In this document: positions 9,559 through 16,286 of the stretch, piece by piece
How positions within the stretch are numbered: the stretch's first letter is position 1
Layout of the letters: every line of letters starts with the position of its first letter
Origin: Pseudomonadota bacterium
GTDB taxonomy: Bacteria > Pseudomonadota > Alphaproteobacteria > Micavibrionales > CSBR16-224
DNA: 64,000 nt
Assembly: GCA_013285465.1 (NCBI GenBank)
Contig: CP053449.1
Coordinates: 741,540-805,539, forward strand
Direction of reading: 5' to 3'
Program-made: the position numbers and the translations under genes
Notes under the pieces: generated by a model
Told to the model about the DNA's origin: nothing
Databases searched by the model: none
Seen by the model: only the letters and a program-made list of their open reading frames with translations

Positions 9559-10290
9559 GTGGATCTGATAGAATTTATCGAGAAAACCAGCAAAGCCGAC
9601 ACAGTCGAGCAGCTTTTCGCCCTGCTTGAAAATGTCATGTCCAATTACGGTTTTGACCGTGTGCTGTTCAGCCTGATGACGGATCATCCTTCGATCGGAA
9701 AATCTGCCGGCCACGGCATTATGCGGAATTATCCCGGCGAATGGATGGCCTATTACGCCGATAAGAAATATGAGGATGTCGACCCTGTCCGCCAATATGT
9801 CGTGCAGGCTCCGGCACCTTTTACATGGTCGTTTCTGGAAGACAAGCTGCAATTGATGCCGGACCAGCAAAAAGTGATGGATGAAGCGCGTGAAGCGGGT
9901 CTGTATCACGGTATTGCCATTCCGATGCGCGGGCCGATGGGGGCGATTGCGGGGATAGGTGCGGCCGGCAGCGGGGCGGATGGCAGTGATATTTCCCGTG
10001 ATACGCTGGCGCTGGTCAATGCCGCCTGTCAGCAGTTTTACGCGTCTTTCATCGGGTTGGAGCAGCAAGCCGTCCCGCCGGAGCAGGAAGGTGTTAGCCT
10101 GACAGAGCGGGAAAAAGAAGTGCTGAAATGGTGCGCCCAGGGCAAGACCACATGGGAAATCGGTGTCATTCTTGGCCTGTCCGAGGCGGGCGTGTTGTTT
10201 CATCTGCGCAATGTGATGAAAAAATTCAATACTTCCTCACGCGTTTATGCGGTGATGCAGGCGGTACGTTTTGGATTAATACAGCTGTAA
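9559..10290 (+). CDS. LuxR-family transcriptional regulator (autoinducer-binding domain plus HTH), orphan/solo
   Basis: N-terminal ligand-domain residues in the expected order (W..Y..DP...W, G). C-terminal LTEREKEVLKWCAQGKTTWEIGVILGLSEAGVLFHLRNVMKKF. GTG start. No luxI-like gene in the window. Confidence 0.85.
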   Translation: MDLIEFIEKTSKADTVEQLFALLENVMSNYGFDRVLFSLMTDHPSIGKSAGHGIMRNYPGEWMAYYADKKYEDVDPVRQYVVQAPAPFTWSFLEDKLQLMPDQQKVMDEAREAGLYHGIAIPMRGPMGAIAGIGAAGSGADGSDISRDTLALVNAACQQFYASFIGLEQQAVPPEQEGVSLTEREKEVLKWCAQGKTTWEIGVILGLSEAGVLFHLRNVMKKFNTSSRVYAVMQAVRFGLIQL

Positions 10291-10371
10291 AAGTTTTTGA
10301 CGCAAAACGAAAATAGGCTATAGTGGGAAGATACGGGATTAACATTTTTAAACTAAAGTGCACTAAAAATC

Positions 10372-10980
10372 ATGGCAGATAAAAAAGCGGAACAGGCCAC
10401 GGCGGAGGAGCCTTCGATCGAGGAAATCCTCGAATCCATTCGTCAGATCATATCTGACGATGATGAAGATGGCGATGATGCCGGCGATGTTATCATGGAT
10501 GTCGAAGCGGATAAGGATAAAGCCGGCGATGTCGATCTGCCGAAAAAGGACGATGATGACAAGCCCGCCGATATCGAAGGCGATGTGACGGAACAGGCTG
10601 TTGATGACGGCGATGTACTAGAGTTGCGTGATGTCGTTGAAGAAGGCGGCGCTGCGGATATTTCGATGGATGCTGCGGAAGATGATTATGAGCCCGCCGA
10701 TATCGAAGGTGATATGACGGATGCGGATGACAGCCGTTTGATCTCGGAAGATACGGAAGAGGCCGCCGTCGGCGCGATGGCGAAACTGGCGGAAAATATG
10801 TTTGTCGAAGAACACACCGCGGCAGGCATCGCCCCGGCCGGACGCGTGACGCTGGAACATATCACGCGGGAACTGTTACGTCCGATGCTGAAGGAATGGC
10901 TTGACCGCCGCCTTCCCGGATTGGTGGAGGAGCTGGTCGAGCGTGAAATTAAGAAAATCTCCGACCGTTCCAAGAAATAA
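10372..10980 (+). CDS. PopZ-like pole-organizing protein (DUF2497 family)
   Basis: N-terminal EPSIEEILESIRQIISDDD and C-terminal TLEHITRELLRPMLKEWLDRRLPGLVEELVEREIKKIS match the two conserved ends of Caulobacter PopZ as I recall it. The middle is a long acidic linker. Confidence 0.75.
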   Translation: MADKKAEQATAEEPSIEEILESIRQIISDDDEDGDDAGDVIMDVEADKDKAGDVDLPKKDDDDKPADIEGDVTEQAVDDGDVLELRDVVEEGGAADISMDAAEDDYEPADIEGDMTDADDSRLISEDTEEAAVGAMAKLAENMFVEEHTAAGIAPAGRVTLEHITRELLRPMLKEWLDRRLPGLVEELVEREIKKISDRSKK

Positions 10981-11002
10981 CCCTGCTTTTTAGTCTGATC
11001 CC

Positions 11003-11776
11003 ATGACGCAGCGCTGGAAAATAACCGTGGAATATGACGGTTCCCTCTATGCGGGCTGGCAACTTCAGCAACATGACATGACTGTGCAACAGGCTCTGGA
11101 AGAGGCGATTTTGGCCTTCTCCGGAGAAGAAACACGCCTGCATGTTGCCGGGCGCACGGATGCCGGAGTGCATGCGCTGGGGCAGGTCGCACATTTCGAT
11201 CTGGAGCGGGAGGTCACGGAAAAAACCGTGCGCGATGCCATCAATGCCAAATTACGGGAAAAGAAATATTCCGGCGTGTCGGTGGTGATGGCGGAGCCCG
11301 TAGAAGATGATTTTCACGCCCGTTTCGGTGCGCAGAACCGGGTGTATCTCTACCGTATCCTTGCTGACCGCGCCGCACCGCCTGCATTGCTGGGCAAACG
11401 TGTCTGGCATATGCGTGACAGGCTGGATGTCGCTGCGATGAATGCCGGTGCGCAATATCTTTTGGGGCATCATGATTTTTCCTCTTTCCGTGCGGCGGGC
11501 TGTCAGGCGAATTCACCGCTGCGTACGGTGCGTCTTGTCGCGGTGACGGAGGATCGCGAAGAGGCTTACGGGGCAGGGCAGGCGGTGACCGTGAAAGTTG
11601 AGGCCAAATCCTTCCTTTATCATCAGGTGCGCAATATCGTCGGGTCACTCGTGCCGGTCGGGACGGGAAAATGGCAGCCGGAAAAAATCGGTGAAATCCT
11701 TGCCGCCTGTGACCGGACAAAAGCGGCGGAAACCGCGCCCGCGCACGGGCTGTATTTCGCGCGCGTCGATTATTAG
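11003..11776 (+). CDS. truA: tRNA pseudouridine(38-40) synthase
   Basis: WKITVEYDGSLYAGWQLQ..., catalytic motif VAGRTDAGVHALGQVAHF, and FLYHQVRNIVG. Confidence 0.9.
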   Translation: MTQRWKITVEYDGSLYAGWQLQQHDMTVQQALEEAILAFSGEETRLHVAGRTDAGVHALGQVAHFDLEREVTEKTVRDAINAKLREKKYSGVSVVMAEPVEDDFHARFGAQNRVYLYRILADRAAPPALLGKRVWHMRDRLDVAAMNAGAQYLLGHHDFSSFRAAGCQANSPLRTVRLVAVTEDREEAYGAGQAVTVKVEAKSFLYHQVRNIVGSLVPVGTGKWQPEKIGEILAACDRTKAAETAPAHGLYFARVDY

Positions 11777-11796
11777 ACCGGTCAGGCTAAAAGGAA

Positions 11797-12675
11797 TTAG
11801 CGGTTAAAGCCCTGTTTTTTGCGGTTTTGTGCGCCGCCGTCAATATGATCGGCAATGCTTTTCAACTCGCTGACAACGGTTCGCAGGGACATGCTGCTGA
11901 GTTTGCCGTCTGTTTCGACAAGCTCGTTGATGACATCGCGCAGGCGTCCTGACAATTCGGAATTTCCTGTTGTTGCCGGAGCATCATCATCACCGTGGGT
12001 CAGATCATCGACCGTTTCCATGGCTTTATCTTTTGCACGGCTGAAAACACCGCTGGCTTTGCCGGCGAGATCGCCCAGCAGACTTGATCCGCTGCCTTTG
12101 GAAGCGGCGGGTTTATCCTCTTTTTTCGGAGGAGATTTCTTCGGTTTTTTGCCGCGGACTTCGTCCAGCAGATCGTCAAGGCTGGTATCATTGCCTTTGA
12201 ACGGGTTTGTGCCGGTATGGCGGGCGTTTTTCAGGACATCTCTCACATCACGGCGCGTCGATTTCTGGTCAAGATCATCACCGAACAGTTCGTCATCGCT
12301 CATTTCCACGGTTTCCGTACCGAATTCGGCGCTGGCTTTCCCGAAATCCCAGAAAGCATCGCTGCCGCCTGAGCTGGAGGGATCATCGCCATTGGCTTGA
12401 CGCGCAAGCCCTTCATAACCGTATTCATCAAAAGTCTGGCGTTTTTCGGGATCTTTCAGAATTTCATAGGCACCGTTTACAAGAGAAGCCTGCTGGCGCG
12501 CTTCTGTCAGAAGTTTTACGGCTTCCGGCGTGCCTTCCAGCCCGTCGCGTTTGATCCGCGCATTGACGCGGTCTTCATGGTGCCGCATCAGCGCCTTGTT
12601 TTTGGCTTTTTTGATCTCGTCATCAGTGGCATTCTTTGCAACACCGAGAATTTCATATGGAGATGGTTGTGACAT
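11797..12675 (-). CDS. J-domain-like protein with degenerate HPD motif (HED) and a disordered charged tail
   Basis: SPYEILGVAKNATDDEIKKAKNKALMRHHEDRV ... NGAYEILKDPEKRQTFDEYGYEG follows the J-domain helix II/III pattern. The codons at 12571-12579 read H-E-D instead of H-P-D. Confidence 0.7.
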   Translation of the reverse strand: MSQPSPYEILGVAKNATDDEIKKAKNKALMRHHEDRVNARIKRDGLEGTPEAVKLLTEARQQASLVNGAYEILKDPEKRQTFDEYGYEGLARQANGDDPSSSGGSDAFWDFGKASAEFGTETVEMSDDELFGDDLDQKSTRRDVRDVLKNARHTGTNPFKGNDTSLDDLLDEVRGKKPKKSPPKKEDKPAASKGSGSSLLGDLAGKASGVFSRAKDKAMETVDDLTHGDDDAPATTGNSELSGRLRDVINELVETDGKLSSMSLRTVVSELKSIADHIDGGAQNRKKQGFNR

Positions 12676-12868
12676 TATTTTAAGTCCCTCTTCCTCTTAT
12701 TCGTACCAGCCGTTTTGCTCTGCAGGGCTTTATTATTGCCATTTGCCCGTTGCATTTCAAGTATTCAAACACATACCCGCGCATAGGTTGCGCATGGTTG
12801 TTAACCTTGTATTAATATTTCTACATGATTCTGAGCATTATGTCAAGTAAATCAAGTGATGATATTCT

Positions 12869-12897
12869 TTGAAAAAGTTTTTTTTTGTGTGTAGACT
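12869..12897 (+). promoter_or_regulatory. candidate sigma70-like promoter (TTGAAA-N17-TAGACT) upstream of the small lipoprotein gene
   Basis: Read directly: TTGAAA at 12869-12874, a 17 nt T-rich spacer, then TAGACT at 12892-12897. Pattern match only. Confidence 0.3.
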
Positions 12898-12996
12898 AGT
12901 TATGTGTTCTGTAGTAGTTCTTAAAACACTACGGGATTTTCAATCCGGTTTCGATTTTTTTTTTGCAAAAAACAAATCACGAAAGGAAGTACTATA

Positions 12997-13191
12997 ATGA
13001 AGAAGTTTTTGACAGTAATGTGCATGGTTTCTGCCCTGTCCGTTGCAGGTTGCTCGCAATCCGCAACGACAAATGACAAAAGCTGGGATCCGATCTCAAG
13101 CGGTCGTACAGCTGGCAGCGTCGGTGTTGAAGCCGTAAAAACCAAGCCGATGAAAGCCGAAAAATCTTTCGACAACTCGCTGCGTAAATAA
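12997..13191 (+). CDS. small lipoprotein (64 aa)
   Basis: Signal peptide plus lipobox MKKFLTVMCMVSALSVAG-C. GGAAG Shine-Dalgarno upstream. Followed by a terminator-like hairpin. Confidence 0.55.
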   Translation: MKKFLTVMCMVSALSVAGCSQSATTNDKSWDPISSGRTAGSVGVEAVKTKPMKAEKSFDNSLRK

Positions 13192-13240
13192 GCCTGTTGT
13201 GCTTGTAAAGATTTGTCCGGTACGGATAAATGGTTGAAAA

Positions 13241-13284
13241 AACCCTGCCTGCGTGATGAACCGGGCGGGGTTTTTCTTTATTTT
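13241..13284 (+). terminator. rho-independent terminator candidate
   Basis: AACCCTGCC ... GGCGGGGTT stem (one G-U pair) followed by TTTTCTTTATTTT. Confidence 0.5.
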
Positions 13285-13371
13285 GCGGATATTTTCTTTG
13301 ACTTACAGGCCTTTTTTGACGCATCATAAGAAGAGAAGGGTTCCCTTCGTTCTTACAGGAGAAGAATTACC

Positions 13372-13989
13372 ATGAAGCGTTCAGCGAATCACAGTCTGCC
13401 TAGCAGCCTCGTTATTTTCGCGTTGGTTTTCAGCATGTTGCTGGCCGGCACCGCTTTCGTGCGCACGGCAATGGCACAAAATGCCGCGCCACCGCCTGCT
13501 GCGGCGTATCAGGGCGTCCCGCAGGGCTATAACTATGCCAATAACAAGATTATCCGCCTGACCCCGAATGAATCCCATATTCTGCACCTGAACCGTAATG
13601 CCGCCAGCGTGATTGTGGCCAATCCCGTTCATGCGGGTGTGTTTCTGGATACACCGCGCGTGTTGGTGATTGTTCCGGGTACGCCGGGCGCAACCTCTTT
13701 TACGGTTCTGGATGTGGAAGGTAATGAAATCATGCGCCGCGATGTGATTATCTCGGAACGTCAGAACAAATATGTCCGTATTCAGCGTATTTGCACGGGC
13801 GGCGGCAATTGTGTTCCCAGTTCGGTCTATTTCTGTCCGGACGGATGTCATCAGGTTTCCACGACATCGCGCGACAGCGGTTCCGTTAATGTCAGCGCCC
13901 GCCCGGCTCCGGCACCTGCCGGCGGTATGGATGGCGGCGGCGGAGACATGGAAGAACCCGCGGATGTGAATGAGGGGGACGGATACTGA
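13372..13989 (+). CDS. secreted protein with a pilus-assembly N-terminal (CpaC/secretin N-domain-like) region and Cys-rich tail
   Basis: Signal peptide ...AGTAFVRTAMA-QN. The segment IIRLTPNESHILHLNRNAASVIVANPVHAGVFLDTPRVLVIVPGTPGATSFTVLDVEGNEI resembles the short beta-domain at the N-terminus of Flp/Tad secretins. There is no secretin domain. Confidence 0.55.
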   Translation: MKRSANHSLPSSLVIFALVFSMLLAGTAFVRTAMAQNAAPPPAAAYQGVPQGYNYANNKIIRLTPNESHILHLNRNAASVIVANPVHAGVFLDTPRVLVIVPGTPGATSFTVLDVEGNEIMRRDVIISERQNKYVRIQRICTGGGNCVPSSVYFCPDGCHQVSTTSRDSGSVNVSARPAPAPAGGMDGGGGDMEEPADVNEGDGY

Positions 13990-14699
13990 TGACAGAGCAA
14001 TCCTCAAACCGTATAAAAATTCTGCTCTCGACGGCTTTTTGCGGCTTGATGCTGTTCGGCTGTCAGAACAGCAGTTCACAAACGGGCATGTATCAGCAGG
14101 CACTGGAATCGCGCCAGCAGATTACACATTCCAATGCCGGTGAAGCCGTTCAACTTTATGAAAGGCTTTACGCCCGCAACAGCGGTGATATCGGCATTAC
14201 CGTGAAATATGCAGAAGCTTTGCGCAAGGCGGGTATGCCGCAACAGGCGCTGACTGTTTTGTCACCGCTGGCGGAATCGCAAATGAAGGCAAAACCTGCG
14301 GTTCTGGTTGAATATGCGGCGTCTAATATTGCCGTCGGGCGCTTTATGCATGCACAGCATGCGCTGGATAAATTCTATGGGCTGGATAAGAAAAACGCCG
14401 CGGATAAAGATGATTTGCAGCCGCAGGCGCTGAACCTGAACGGCTTGGTCTTGTCGGCCTCGGGCCATCACGCAGAAGCGGAAGAGAAATACCGCGAGGC
14501 ACTGGCCTCATGGCTGGGCAATCCGTCGGTTGTGATGAATAATCTGGCCTTATCGCTGGCACAGCAGGGCAAATTTGACGAAGCGCTTGATTTTCTGGAA
14601 CAGGCACAACGTCAGAGTACGCCGGAACAGCAAGGCATGCATGACCAAAACCTTGCGCTGGTCGAAAAACTGCAGAAAAAATCCGCGAAAAAGAAATAA
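13989..14699 (+). CDS. TPR-repeat lipoprotein, TadD-like
   Basis: Lipobox LMLFG-C. TPR-like helical repeats throughout. The start overlaps the upstream stop (TGATG at 13987-13991), suggesting translational coupling. Confidence 0.6.
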   Translation: MTEQSSNRIKILLSTAFCGLMLFGCQNSSSQTGMYQQALESRQQITHSNAGEAVQLYERLYARNSGDIGITVKYAEALRKAGMPQQALTVLSPLAESQMKAKPAVLVEYAASNIAVGRFMHAQHALDKFYGLDKKNAADKDDLQPQALNLNGLVLSASGHHAEAEEKYREALASWLGNPSVVMNNLALSLAQQGKFDEALDFLEQAQRQSTPEQQGMHDQNLALVEKLQKKSAKKK

Positions 14700-14729
14700 T
14701 CGCGGCTTTCCGGCGGCTCCTCAAAATCT

Positions 14730-15101
14730 TTAAGACGGATCTTCGCGCTTGCCCATGCGTTTCATGCGTTCACCCAGTTGATTTGCCATGTCGTTTAGAC
14801 AATCTGCGGCATTGGGTGTCAGGCCGAAATCGATTTCCAGCTGTCTTTGAATATGCGCAGGGGCTTCTTCGCCGGGGCCCCATTCGATAATTTCGCCATA
14901 ATCCTTGATATTGCAGAATGCGTCATTCTGCGCGGCGACAAAGGCATCGTATTTTTCCATCGGCACCATCAGATAAGCCCAGTAATCCTCGTCGTCGATG
15001 GTGACACTCACATGCATGATAAAACCGGCATGGTCATCATCAGCGGCGATATGCCGCATCAGATCCTGTGGCGCATCGCCGGTATCGTGGTCATCATCCA
15101 T
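14730..15101 (-). CDS. small acidic hypothetical protein (123 aa)
   Basis: ORF 21 nt downstream of the BTLCP gene on the same strand. No signal peptide and no family recognised. Confidence 0.5.
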   Translation of the reverse strand: MDDDHDTGDAPQDLMRHIAADDDHAGFIMHVSVTIDDEDYWAYLMVPMEKYDAFVAAQNDAFCNIKDYGEIIEWGPGEEAPAHIQRQLEIDFGLTPNAADCLNDMANQLGERMKRMGKREDPS

Positions 15102-15122
15102 GAGGGCTTCTTTCTAAATGAT

Positions 15123-16091
15123 TTAAGAATTCTGGACGCGGTGCATCCACCAGCTGCCCTGATTGATCGAGAAAATCGGTTTATAGCGCGTGACGTTGTT
15201 GATATTGCGCATGGCCTTATCCTGATTGTCCAGAACATAGCTTTGGCCGTTTTCCGCATAAACGATCAGAACCGCATGCGGAATGTTTTTGATCTTGTCA
15301 TGCACAATGGCAATACGCAACCGCTCCGCCGGTACGCCGAGGGCGCGCAGGGAGGCATATTTGGCAATTGCGAAGTCTTCACAATCGCCGCCGCGGCTGA
15401 AAAACTCGACGGGGGTGGCCCAATGGTCGGTCTGTCCCCAGTTTTTGGCATCGGTGATATATTGCACCTTATTGATATAGTTGTTCACGGCGGCAATTTT
15501 GTCTGCCGTGCTCAGATGACGGATGCGTGACAGCTCGGCCTTCCATAATTGCAGGCGCGGTGCGGTTGCGCCGGAATGTGCGGTGAGCTGTTTTTCAAAA
15601 CGGTCCAGCATTTTCGTCCATTTTGTAAAAGCGGCCGTGTTGTCGGAACGGATTTCCGTTGTGCCGAACAGGGACGGATACTGTAAAGCTGCGGCTTTAT
15701 TAAAGGGCGTGGCCGTGGTGGCAGAGGCCAGAACAATCTGTCCGCTTTGTGCCTGACCCGATCCGGCACGCGCTGCGCTGGGTACAGCCGTTGCGCCCAT
15801 CATAAATGTCAAACCATAGGCGCTGACGCGCACACACCACTGTTCCGCCAGTTTACGGTACAGCATGGCGGCGGTAATGGCGCCGCTTTTGATCAAGACT
15901 TTACCCAAAGGCTCACGGGTACGCGCCTGCATTGCCAGTGCGCTTTCCAATTGCTCTGTCGTAATCATACCGGAGGAGACCAGAAGATCACCCAGACGAT
16001 TCTTTTTCAGGTGCAGGGCAACGGTGTGAAAAAATCCGGTTCTTGCACGCTTCTCTTCCGTCATTGTGATATTTTGATATGTGTCGCTCAT
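15123..16091 (-). CDS. MshEN (c-di-GMP-binding T2SSE_N-like) domain / single TM / BTLCP transglutaminase-like cysteine protease fusion
   Basis: Residues 32-55 RLGDLLVSSGMITTEQLESALAMQ and 61-84 PLGKVLIKSGAITAAMLYRKLAEQ each fit RLGxx(LVI)(LVI)xxG(LVIF)(LVI)xxxxLxxxLxxQ and are separated by 5 residues. Hydrophobic segment at about 86-108. BTLCP core GGDCEDFAIAKY (C237), IPHAVLIVY (H272) and YVLDNQ (D288). Confidence 0.8.
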   Translation of the reverse strand: MSDTYQNITMTEEKRARTGFFHTVALHLKKNRLGDLLVSSGMITTEQLESALAMQARTREPLGKVLIKSGAITAAMLYRKLAEQWCVRVSAYGLTFMMGATAVPSAARAGSGQAQSGQIVLASATTATPFNKAAALQYPSLFGTTEIRSDNTAAFTKWTKMLDRFEKQLTAHSGATAPRLQLWKAELSRIRHLSTADKIAAVNNYINKVQYITDAKNWGQTDHWATPVEFFSRGGDCEDFAIAKYASLRALGVPAERLRIAIVHDKIKNIPHAVLIVYAENGQSYVLDNQDKAMRNINNVTRYKPIFSINQGSWWMHRVQNS

Positions 16092-16286
16092 ATTTCCCCC
16101 ACCGAAAGCCCCGTCTTCTGCCTTTTCTGCGGAACTTCGGAACGCTCTTAGGTCTGTGTTCTTACAGCTCTATTAGACCACAAAAGATTTAACAAAATAT
16201 GAAAACTAACAAAGGCTTGAGATTGCGGCAAAAATCTGCTATGAAAAATACTAATCCCGTGTGATAACGATAAAAAGGCGGACGAC

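Noticed and set aside
7933-10203. A 756-aa stop-free ORF on the minus strand spanning amn, the intergenic gap and the LuxR gene
   Set aside because: Its codons are exactly in register with the sense codons of amn and luxR; all three start at positions congruent to 1 mod 3. Stops in that antisense frame arise only from sense TTA, CTA or TCA codons, which this genome avoids. The translation is low-complexity (R/Q/F/H-rich) with no motifs. The sense-strand products match AMP nucleosidase and LuxR convincingly.
12931-12964. A T10 tract (12955-12964) in the leader of the small lipoprotein gene as an sRNA or attenuator terminator
   Set aside because: The hairpins preceding it are only 4-5 bp and AT-rich (GGATT/AATCC and AATC/GATT). 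That is too weak to call a terminator by eye.
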